From Akkermansia muciniphila (lineage in GTDB: Bacteria; Verrucomicrobiota; Verrucomicrobiia; Opitutales; Opitutaceae), in assembly GCA_945898185.1 (NCBI GenBank), contig CAMDHP010000002.1:668-64667 (forward strand): a DNA stretch of 64,000 nt, read 5' to 3'. Position numbers and translations under genes: made by a program. Within the stretch, counting starts at the first letter, position 1, and each line of letters opens with the position of its first letter. The notes under the pieces are model-generated. The model was not told the origin of the DNA. It saw only the letters and a program-made list of their open reading frames with translations, and ran no database searches. This document shows positions 19,257-27,834 of the stretch, in pieces.

Positions 19257-20047
19257 CCCAAGCCGAACGCAGTTCCAGCAGTGCAGTTCCTCCGCCGCAA
19301 TTACGCGGGGAGGACGAACTCCCCCTCGGCGATGAGGTCGAGGTGATCGCGCGTGGGCCCGGTGGACTCTTCGCCTTCAACAAACCCGCGGGCACACTCT
19401 CGCATCCCAACATGCGCAGCGAACAACCGCGCGCACTCCTGACCTGCGATTACCTGCTGCAAGGCGAATGCTTTCGCTGGACCGCGGCCAGTGGCGGCGA
19501 ACGGCGCATGTATTTGCTGAACCGCCTCGATTCGCACACCTCGGGGGTGATTCTTGGCGTGACCGACATCGCTCTGGCGCAGCACATCCGCGCCCTCTTT
19601 CGGGAGAGACATATCAAGAAAGTTTACCACGCACTGGTCTTCGGAAAACCCGCGCAAACCACCGCAGTTTGGAAAGACCAACTCGCGGTCGAAAAACGTG
19701 CCGCCAGAGTGCGCACCGGCACGGGAGGCAACATCCCCGCCGAATCGACCATGCGTGTGCTAAAGCAACGCCGGGACGCCGCCCTGCCGCTAGCCTTGAT
19801 CGAGCTTACACCGCGCACCGGCCGCAGCCATCAACTGCGCGTGCAATGCACCCAACGCCACCTGCCCATAGTCGGCGACGCGACCTACGGCGACTTCGGC
19901 GCGAATCGCGCGCTGGCCAAGGCGACGGGCTTGAAACGTCTCTGCCTGCACTCGCACCAGACCCATTTCGACTATGAACACGGCGGCCGCGTGCATAACT
20001 TCACCGCTACGGCCCCGACGCCGGCGGAGTTTTTGAAACTCCTGTAA
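19253..20047 (+). CDS. RluA-family RNA pseudouridine synthase
   Basis: FNKPAG, NRLDSHTSG (catalytic Asp), TGRSHQLRVQ, IVGDATYG, LHS. Confidence 0.9.
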   Translation: MTQAERSSSSAVPPPQLRGEDELPLGDEVEVIARGPGGLFAFNKPAGTLSHPNMRSEQPRALLTCDYLLQGECFRWTAASGGERRMYLLNRLDSHTSGVILGVTDIALAQHIRALFRERHIKKVYHALVFGKPAQTTAVWKDQLAVEKRAARVRTGTGGNIPAESTMRVLKQRRDAALPLALIELTPRTGRSHQLRVQCTQRHLPIVGDATYGDFGANRALAKATGLKRLCLHSHQTHFDYEHGGRVHNFTATAPTPAEFLKLL

Positions 20048-20101
20048 CCGACCCGGAAATGGGGCTTGGCGGCGACGGGCGGACGGGGTGAGGTATCGCG
20101 C

Positions 20102-20485
20102 ATGGAAATCGCGAATTTGACGGATGCGAAAACGACGGTGGGCGAGATCAAGGATCGAGTGCTGGCCTTCGCCCGCGAGCGGGATTGGGAGCAGTTTCAC
20201 GCGCCGAAAAACCTAAGCATGGCCCTCGCCGCGGAGGCTGGAGAGTTAATGGAGCACTTTCTATGGGACACACCCGAAGCCTCGCGGACAAAGGTCGCCG
20301 GAGACGCCGCACACCGGGAAAAAATCGAGGAGGAGCTGGCCGACGTGATCATCTACGCACTCGAATTCGCAAACATGACAGGCATTGACGTCGCCGCCGC
20401 GATCGAGCGGAAGATGGTTCAGAACGCCGCCAAATACCCAGTGGACAAGGCCAAGGGCCGGAGCGCGAAATATACGGAGCTCTGA
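20102..20485 (+). CDS. MazG-like (dCTPase-type) nucleotide pyrophosphohydrolase
   Basis: WEQFHAPKNLSMALAAEAGELMEHF, EELADV, K...NAAKYP. Confidence 0.9.
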   Translation: MEIANLTDAKTTVGEIKDRVLAFARERDWEQFHAPKNLSMALAAEAGELMEHFLWDTPEASRTKVAGDAAHREKIEEELADVIIYALEFANMTGIDVAAAIERKMVQNAAKYPVDKAKGRSAKYTEL

Positions 20486-20953
20486 GCCCCTTTGGCCGAT
20501 GATCAAACGCCTCATTGAAAACTGAATTTCGCTGGCAATCGAGAATGGGAAGGAGGTCGGGCTCCACCGGTTGAGCCCAAGCTCCCCCCGCCCTACCCGA
20601 TTTCTCGGACCACCGCACGGCGGACGAATGAGTAAAGAGGTTCAGGTCAGAATCGTTGCCCCTCTTCTTCGGCTCGGAATCCCTGCGACCCCATGAAAAC
20701 CGAATAGGAAGCGGCGTGACCACTTCGGCCTGTCGTCATTCTTTAACAATTAACGCATTCACCCCTTCGAATTGGCCCCGGCAGAGAGACTCAAAGCCGC
20801 CAACGCAGATGGTTTCTCTGCATGGAAATCCGACGGGCAACCAGTAAACCAGCCCTGACCGGCTCCAACCGCGTGCCCATCACGAGTCGCCAGTCACCGA
20901 TTCTTGCGGCGAGCGCGCTTGTGACCGGTCCGCAAACCGGATAACGTCTACCT

Positions 20954-21802
20954 ATGGTCATAGAACAGGCACCGATGGAAGACGAATTGGGCGACGTCTT
21001 GGAAAAAGCGCTCGGCCACGCCTCACTAACGCCCGATTCACTCGCCGCCCGCACGGGCGTAGACGCCGAACGCATCCGCGACGCGATTGATTACCGCTAC
21101 GATTTCACCGCCGCTGAGATTCGAAGTCTGGCCGCCGCACTTTCCCTCAACGTTACCGGCGTCGAGGCCATCGCCAGCGCTCGCTATCCGCTTCCAGTGA
21201 TCGTCGGCCTGCCCTTTTGCCTGCATCCTCTGCGCTCCCCTCACGGTATCGGCACTGCCAACGCCTACCTCGTCAGCGACTGCCGCAGCGGCACCGGCGT
21301 GCTCTTTGACACCGGCCCCGACCCCGAGCGTTTGCGCCGGATGTGGCCAGCTGGTATTACCCGAATTGTCGCGATTTTCCTAACCCACGTCGAATCAGAA
21401 CATGTAGGCGCGCTCGCCGAGGTGCAGCGGCTTTTCGGTCCCGCCCCTATTTTCGCGCCAGTCGGGGCCAATTTCCCCGGCGCCGCCGGCCTAGGCGATG
21501 GCACATGCATGGAATGCGGCGGTTATCAGATCGAGACCCTCTCCACCCCAGGCCACGCTGAGGCGCATAACTCCTACTTGGTTCGCGTGCGCGGCGCCGT
21601 CAAAGCCAGCCCGCTGCTCATCAGTGGTGACCTGCTCTTCGCCGGCTCCGTCGGCGGTGCATTTTTTTGCGGCTCGCGGTTACGCGAACAAGTTAACCGC
21701 CTGCTCACCACGCTTCCCCTTGCCACCATTGTCGCTCCGGGCCACGGACCGCTCACCACCCTTGCCCACGAGCGCACCTACAACCCCTTCGCATCCGATT
21801 AG
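20954..21802 (+). CDS. MBL-fold metallo-hydrolase with an N-terminal HTH-like domain
   Basis: N-terminal LTPDSLAARTGV helix-turn-helix-like segment; ANAYLV, LFDTG, THVESEH, TPGH, SGDLLF, PGHG. Confidence 0.8.
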   Translation: MVIEQAPMEDELGDVLEKALGHASLTPDSLAARTGVDAERIRDAIDYRYDFTAAEIRSLAAALSLNVTGVEAIASARYPLPVIVGLPFCLHPLRSPHGIGTANAYLVSDCRSGTGVLFDTGPDPERLRRMWPAGITRIVAIFLTHVESEHVGALAEVQRLFGPAPIFAPVGANFPGAAGLGDGTCMECGGYQIETLSTPGHAEAHNSYLVRVRGAVKASPLLISGDLLFAGSVGGAFFCGSRLREQVNRLLTTLPLATIVAPGHGPLTTLAHERTYNPFASD

Positions 21803-22036
21803 TCTAAAACGGTATTTTGAACCGCGCACCATCGCGGATTGATACGGATTTCGGGAATTAAGACAGGGCGGGGGCTTACGGACTTGGGGGCGAATACGTC
21901 GGGTCGCAAACAACTGATTTCCTTAATTTTTCGCCTCAGAAACTTTGCGCATAAACCCAATTTTTCAGGGAACCCGGTATCACCCGCTGAAGCCGTATCC
22001 CCGCCTCCATGCGAATCTCCAAAACTGAAAACTACC

Positions 22037-22708
22037 ATGCTCTCCGCCCTCGACTCCATGCACGCCCGCCGCTCGATCCGCGTCTTCGAGCCAGCGCTTG
22101 TGCCCGCCGAAGCAATCCGTCGCATCGTTGATGCCGCCGGCCGTGCGCCCAGTTCAAAAAACACCCAGCCGTGGCGACTTTTCCTCGTGCAAGGTGTCGC
22201 GCTCGCAGCCCTTCGCGCCGATTATCTCGCCGCGTTCGACGCCGGCGAGAAGCCCCGCCCCGCCTACCGCTACTCGCCCGACCCGCTGCCGCCCGCCTGG
22301 CAGGCCCGCGCCAAGGAGGTCGGCATCGGCATTTTGAAGCACAAGGGCATCACCCGCGAGGATACCGCCGGCCGCCGCGCCCACGACCGCGAGAATTTTG
22401 AATTCTTCGACGCGCCACACGTTTTCTTTCTCGGCACCGATGGCGCAGCGTTCGGCCATGGCACCTTCCTCGACTGCGGTTTCATACTCGATAACTTGAT
22501 GCTCGGCCTCGCCTCGCTCGGCTACGGCTCCTGCCCGCAATACAGTGCCGTCAGCTATCCCGATATCCTTGCGCGCCACTTACCCGCCGACGCTGGCACG
22601 CTTTTTATTGCCGGCCTCGCCTTCGGCACCCCGAAGCAGGACGCCCCGGTGAACTCGTTCCAACCCGCCCGACTACCGCTTGAAGCATGGTTCCAGGTCG
22701 TCGGTTGA
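22037..22708 (+). CDS. Nitroreductase family protein
   Basis: RRSIRVF, APSSKNTQPW, GYGSCPQ. Confidence 0.9.
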   Translation: MLSALDSMHARRSIRVFEPALVPAEAIRRIVDAAGRAPSSKNTQPWRLFLVQGVALAALRADYLAAFDAGEKPRPAYRYSPDPLPPAWQARAKEVGIGILKHKGITREDTAGRRAHDRENFEFFDAPHVFFLGTDGAAFGHGTFLDCGFILDNLMLGLASLGYGSCPQYSAVSYPDILARHLPADAGTLFIAGLAFGTPKQDAPVNSFQPARLPLEAWFQVVG

Positions 22709-22729
22709 CCTTGCGTCACCTGTCACGCC

Positions 22730-23344
22730 TTAGCACCGCACCGGGACGACCAGGCGCGTGCCCCGTATCCAGTTCACTGTTACCGGCAGCAATATTAACG
22801 CGATCGGCGCGATGAGCTTGAGATTCGCTCCCATGGAGAAATACCCCAATCCGGCGCATATCAGCGCCGCCGCGTAGTAACCAAAAGCATAGTCGCGCAC
22901 CGCAACGATGGTCGCCAAGCCCACCACCAAGACCGGCAAGGAGACTTCGGGGGGCAACACGATCACAATAATGCCCGCTAGAAAGGCAGTCGGCGATATC
23001 GTCTCACCCGCAGCGCGACGACCCACCGTTTGCATCCAGAGGCATATCAGCAGCGTTACCGCAATCGCCGAAAGATACCGGAGGGGCGGTATACCAGATC
23101 CGCGTGGAGGCTTAGGGAAAGCCTCTAGAACGTAATACGCCGTCACGAACCCGCGAAACGGATCCATCCAGACAAGGGGAAGTTTCCACCAGCGCCGACG
23201 GCGATGATCACCATACATGGGCCGGATTGCCTTAGTCCACATATCCTCAAAGGTCAAATATCGCACTTCTCCCTTTATCAAACAACGCGGCGGTATGAGC
23301 CCAAAGAAGAGCGCGACAAGTAGAGGTATCCAATTAATAACCAT
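22730..23344 (-). CDS. Hypothetical multi-pass membrane protein (PlsY-like topology, catalytic motifs absent)
   Basis: Hydrophobic ORF; FFGLIP, DPFRG and SPTAFLAG fall where PlsY has GSIP, DxxKG and GVATxxG. Confidence 0.65.
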   Translation of the reverse strand: MVINWIPLLVALFFGLIPPRCLIKGEVRYLTFEDMWTKAIRPMYGDHRRRRWWKLPLVWMDPFRGFVTAYYVLEAFPKPPRGSGIPPLRYLSAIAVTLLICLWMQTVGRRAAGETISPTAFLAGIIVIVLPPEVSLPVLVVGLATIVAVRDYAFGYYAAALICAGLGYFSMGANLKLIAPIALILLPVTVNWIRGTRLVVPVRC

Positions 23345-23461
23345 GATGGGTAAATCGAACCCTTGTCTGGAAAGATTAATCCTCGAAGTCCACTTAAACC
23401 AACTCGTTTCGAAGATTTCACTTCGCCCTAGGGAGGAGACCTCCCAGCCACTCAAACCCGC

Positions 23462-24037
23462 TCACTTACGCGGCCAGCCCATGTGCCGCCCCGCCAAGAT
23501 CGAGATCACCACGGGGAAGATCATCACTGCTCCCACAAAAACCACCCGCGACCAGCTTTGCCCACCCAGGAGCCAGCCAAGCAAAATCAACCCGACCGTC
23601 GCCGTCATAAAAATCCCCGACCACGCCCGAAGCGCCAAGGCAACCCCCGCCGCCAAGGGCGCGACGAGGAGCAGGACCACCGGGTCTACCAGCACCGCCA
23701 CCACCCCGGCCAGAAACGCCACCGGAGCATGCACATGATCCTCATCGGTCCATACCAGCGTGTTCACCACCAAGCCCAGTCCCACGATGAGCCCGAGCAC
23801 CGCCTGACCCACCCACTCCGAGTGACTCGCGAGATGGGGGAGCGCTGGCAGACCGATTGATAATACCTTCACCCCTCCTGCCGCCCGGAGCCCATCAAGC
23901 AGCACTAACCCCAAGTTGCGTCCAGTCGGCCACTCCCGCTGATCAAATGCGGCCAGCTTACCCTCCGGCTCATGGAGGCGCCAGACCGGAAACAATAACA
24001 ACCCTACGCCTGCGACGACTAGAAAAGATGGACTCAT
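23462..24037 (-). CDS. Hypothetical multi-pass membrane protein, divergent paralog of the downstream gene
   Basis: LLDGLRA and APVAFLAG parallel MDPFRG and SPTAFLAG of 22730-23344. Confidence 0.65.
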   Translation of the reverse strand: MSPSFLVVAGVGLLLFPVWRLHEPEGKLAAFDQREWPTGRNLGLVLLDGLRAAGGVKVLSIGLPALPHLASHSEWVGQAVLGLIVGLGLVVNTLVWTDEDHVHAPVAFLAGVVAVLVDPVVLLLVAPLAAGVALALRAWSGIFMTATVGLILLGWLLGGQSWSRVVFVGAVMIFPVVISILAGRHMGWPRK

Positions 24038-24193
24038 TAGTAAAAACGATATGAATTAGGAGACGTCATAACTGCGTTGACTTATCTTCGATCGACTCCT
24101 TTCGCAAATAGGACACGCCCTAATAACTCCTTTAACACCGTATCGTTATAATATAGATAAGTTAACAAATTATTAATTTTCTTATCTGTCGCC

Positions 24194-26017
24194 TCAGCGC
24201 CGTTCGCGCCACCACCGTTCCACTCCCTCTCGGTCGCGAGTGTTGAGCACGCTTTCCGCCGTCAACCAGCCTTTGCGGGCCACCCGCACTCCCGCCTCCA
24301 CGTGCCGCAGTCCGGTCGTGTTGTGCGCATCCGGATTGATCGCACACATCAGACCGCGCTCCGCCGCCCGCCGCCAAAGCCGCCAATCAAGGTCGAGCCG
24401 CGAGGGATGCGCGTTGAGCTCGACGATGACTCGGTTCGCGATCGCCGCATCAATCACTCGCGCAAGGTCCACCTTGTAGGCCTCCCTTCGCAACAAGAGC
24501 CGCCCCGTCGCGTGCCCCAACATCGACACCCGAGGATGCTCTATCGCCCGCACGATGCGCGCCGTCATCTCGTCTTCGCTCTGGGTAAACGCGCTGTGAA
24601 CCGACGCCACCACATAGTCGAGTGTCGCCAGCACTTCGTCGTCAAAATCCAGCCGCCCATCCGGCAAGATGTCGCACTCCGTTCCCGCGTAGAGCCACGC
24701 CCCGCCGCCAGCCGCATTTGCCGCGTGGGTCGCCGCCACCTGCGCCGCCAACCTCGACTCATCCAGCCCGCGCGCCTGCACGCTCGACTTCGAATGGTCC
24801 GCGATTCCGAGGTAGTCCCAACCCAGTGCCGTCGCCGCCGCGCGCATCTCCAGCAGGGAGGCCTTTCCGTCCGACTCCGTGGTGTGGTTATGAAACGCCC
24901 CGCGCAGGTCCGCCAGCTCCACCAAGCGCGGCAGGGGCTGAAGCGAAATGCCCCCGACTCCGCCATTGGTCGTTGGCGATTGGTCATTCGCCTTTCGCCC
25001 ACCCATCTCCGCCGCCTCGATCTCACCCAGCCCTTCCCGCAGCTCGGGCGGCAAAAACGCCAGCTCGAGGTGCGCGAATAACTCCGCTTCGCTTTCCGCC
25101 CGCAGGCTCAGCCCGCGCTCCGCTTTTTCCTTCGCCGTGCCGTCGCCCGCGTCAGGCACCAGCCCCCATTCAGAGAGCGAAAGCCCGCGCGCTAGCGCCC
25201 GCTGCCGCATCGCCACGTTATGGTCTTTCGACCCCGTGAAATGATGCAGCGCGAACACAAACTGCTCCTCCGGCACGATGCGCAGATCCGCCTGCAAACC
25301 GCTCGCGAAGCGCACGCTGGCTTTCGTGCCGCCGCGCGCCGTGACTTCCTTAACCTCGGGCAACGCGCAAAACCAATCCGTCACCGCCGCCGCGTCCTCC
25401 GCCCTCGCCGCCACAATAAAATCGAGGTCCCCCACCGTTTCCAGATTACGCCGCAGCGATCCCGCCGCCTCCGCTCGCCGCACTTGCGCGAGCCCCCTCA
25501 ACCCTTCGACGATTGGCTCCGCCACCGCCCGCGCATCCCACCAACGATGGCGTTTCCCGTAGGCGGCGCGATTGGCGAGGCCTTCTAAAATCTTCGTCTG
25601 CGTCTTCTCGCCAAAGCCCGCCAAGTTCGCCACCCGCCCCGCGCGACACGCCTCCCCCAGCGCCTCCGGCGACTCGACGCCGAGTTGCTCGCGCAACGCC
25701 TTGATCTTCTTCGGCCCGAGACCCGGCACTTCGAGCAACGCAATCACGCCGTCGGGTATCTGCGCGCGGAGTGTGTCGAAAAACTCGAGCCGCCCCGTCG
25801 CGTAAAGTTTACTGACCTTGTCAACCAGCGCCTCACCGAAGCCCTTTAACTCCCCCAAGGTTCCAGCCGCCATGCGCGTCACGAACTCGTCCGCTTCCAT
25901 CGCCTCCAGCGCCCGCGCGCCCGACTGATAGGCGCGGGTCTTGAACGGATTCTCACCCTGCAATTCCATCAGGGTCCCGATCTCTTCCAAAACCTCTGCG
26001 ATCTCATTTTTATTCAT
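24194..26017 (-). CDS. polX: DNA polymerase X family protein with a C-terminal PHP domain
   Basis: [15 protein letters not shown] HhH motif, GDLD and DLR catalytic Asp residues, HFTGSKDHN; PHP motifs [18 protein letters not shown]. Confidence 0.92.
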   Translation of the reverse strand: MNKNEIAEVLEEIGTLMELQGENPFKTRAYQSGARALEAMEADEFVTRMAAGTLGELKGFGEALVDKVSKLYATGRLEFFDTLRAQIPDGVIALLEVPGLGPKKIKALREQLGVESPEALGEACRAGRVANLAGFGEKTQTKILEGLANRAAYGKRHRWWDARAVAEPIVEGLRGLAQVRRAEAAGSLRRNLETVGDLDFIVAARAEDAAAVTDWFCALPEVKEVTARGGTKASVRFASGLQADLRIVPEEQFVFALHHFTGSKDHNVAMRQRALARGLSLSEWGLVPDAGDGTAKEKAERGLSLRAESEAELFAHLELAFLPPELREGLGEIEAAEMGGRKANDQSPTTNGGVGGISLQPLPRLVELADLRGAFHNHTTESDGKASLLEMRAAATALGWDYLGIADHSKSSVQARGLDESRLAAQVAATHAANAAGGGAWLYAGTECDILPDGRLDFDDEVLATLDYVVASVHSAFTQSEDEMTARIVRAIEHPRVSMLGHATGRLLLRREAYKVDLARVIDAAIANRVIVELNAHPSRLDLDWRLWRRAAERGLMCAINPDAHNTTGLRHVEAGVRVARKGWLTAESVLNTRDREGVERWWRERR

Positions 26018-26136
26018 TACGTCCAGCGCAACCAACCCGCGCCGCACGTCAACCTGCCTTCATTCCTTCGCCTCCCTCCTTCATCGGTCATTAGATCCCG
26101 CCTTGCGGGGTCATTCGCCATTCAATGATATCCGCC

Positions 26137-26544
26137 ATGGCCTTTTCCTACACCCGCACCGTCCACTTCCCCGATACCGATGCTGCCGGTGTAGTCTTTT
26201 TCGCACGCTACCTCTCCATCTGCCACGAGGCCTACGAGGAGTCCCTCGCCGCCGCCGGCATCCCGCTCGCCACGTTTTTCGCCGACCACGGCCTCGTCAT
26301 CCCCATTGCCAAAAGCGAGGCCACCTACCTGCGCCCGCTCCTCTGCGGCGACAAACTTCGAGTCGAGGTCACGCCGACGCGTCTCTCCGAAAACAGCTTC
26401 GCCCTCGACTACGTGATCTGGAAAACTGGCTCCGCCGACAAACGCGCCGCCGTCGCCCGCACCGAACACGTCTGCATCTCGTCCAAGACTCGCGAACGCC
26501 TCAGCCCGCCCCCCGCCCTCGCCACTTGGATCGACGCGAAGTAG
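26137..26544 (+). CDS. Hotdog-fold thioesterase, 1,4-dihydroxy-2-naphthoyl-CoA hydrolase-like
   Basis: VHFPDTDAAGVVFFARYLSICHEAYE resembles the cyanobacterial DHNA-CoA thioesterase; adjacent to menE and menC. Confidence 0.75.
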   Translation: MAFSYTRTVHFPDTDAAGVVFFARYLSICHEAYEESLAAAGIPLATFFADHGLVIPIAKSEATYLRPLLCGDKLRVEVTPTRLSENSFALDYVIWKTGSADKRAAVARTEHVCISSKTRERLSPPPALATWIDAK

Positions 26545-26640
26545 GCCGCCCACGACCCGCTTCTGGCCTATTGATTCAAACTGACCGGCCCGAGAATCGC
26601 CCCAAAAATTAAGGCCTTGGCCAACTCGCGTCGGCGGGTT

Positions 26641-27834
26641 TCAGGAGAGTTTTGAGCCACGCCGTCGGTTGATACCGTGATCAATAGCTTGGTCCCTTGC
26701 CAAATCCGCAAGCGCCGCGCGGTTCACTTTGCCCTGCGCGCTCCGTGGCCACGCTCCCGCCGGCACCGCCACCAACCGCTTCGGCACGTTCGCAGCAGCC
26801 AGCCTGCCAGCCAAAGCCGCGCGCCAAACAATCTCGGACACCGCCGCCGCCCCCGCAGCAAGCGGATACAGCGCCACCACTTCGCTCCCCCACTCGGAAT
26901 GTGGCACACCGACCACCTCCACTCCGGGCACCACGCCGCGCAGCGCGGCAGTCACCTCCGCCGGATCAACTTTCTCACCGCCAGTGATGATCAACGCATC
27001 CGCCCGGCCCCGCACCCGCAGACGTCCTTCCGCATCAATCTCGCCCAGATCATCCGTTCGCCACGGCCCCGCCTCCCGCGTCTCCGGCCAGTATCCACAA
27101 AACAACGACGCCGCATCGATCACCAGCCTTCCGTCCGCCTCCGCCGTGATCCGCGCATGGGGCAACACCGTCCCCACTCCGTCGCCACCCGCCAAAAACT
27201 CCTCCGGCCGCAGCGCCGCGACCATCGCCGCCGTTTCCGTCATCCCGTAGGAAAAACTCAGCGGCAACCCCGCCGCCCGCCCCGCCGCCAACAACTCCGG
27301 CCACGCCGGCCCGCCGCCCACAAACACCGCGCGAAAGCTCCGCAACCACGCCTCCGCTTGCGCGTCTCCCAGCAAGCGCGCCAACTGCGTCGGCACCAGC
27401 GATAAAAATCCTCCTTCCAGCGCCCCTGGCCTCCGTCCCGCCTCGACGTCTTTCCAATTCGCCACCCGATAAACTCCGCTCGTCCACACACACCGCGCCC
27501 ACGCCACCAGCCCGCTCACATGCCAAACTGGCAGCAAGCCCAACGCATCTACCCGCTCCACTCCGAAGTGCGCGCAAAACCCCTCTACCGCCGCGCCGAG
27601 CGTGCGTTCATCGTGCCTGGCCAGCTTCATCGCGCCCGCCGACCCTCCCGTCGGGATGCACAGCCAGCCCTCGTGCCCATCCCAATTCTCCGGCACCCGC
27701 TCCGCCAGCGCCGTCCATTGCGCGCGTTCGCGTTCGCCCCATTGCGGATCAATCAAAAAACACGCCGACCCGCGCTCGACCAGCGCCGTCCCCGCCGCCT
27801 CTCGTAATCGTGCGATCAACTCAGCGCGTTCCAT
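26641..27834 (-). CDS. menE: o-Succinylbenzoate--CoA ligase-like AMP-binding enzyme
   Basis: PTGGSAGAMK, SYGMTETAA, TDDLG, IITGGEKVDPAEV, GKVNR; next to menC. Confidence 0.8.
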   Translation of the reverse strand: MERAELIARLREAAGTALVERGSACFLIDPQWGERERAQWTALAERVPENWDGHEGWLCIPTGGSAGAMKLARHDERTLGAAVEGFCAHFGVERVDALGLLPVWHVSGLVAWARCVWTSGVYRVANWKDVEAGRRPGALEGGFLSLVPTQLARLLGDAQAEAWLRSFRAVFVGGGPAWPELLAAGRAAGLPLSFSYGMTETAAMVAALRPEEFLAGGDGVGTVLPHARITAEADGRLVIDAASLFCGYWPETREAGPWRTDDLGEIDAEGRLRVRGRADALIITGGEKVDPAEVTAALRGVVPGVEVVGVPHSEWGSEVVALYPLAAGAAAVSEIVWRAALAGRLAAANVPKRLVAVPAGAWPRSAQGKVNRAALADLARDQAIDHGINRRRGSKLS

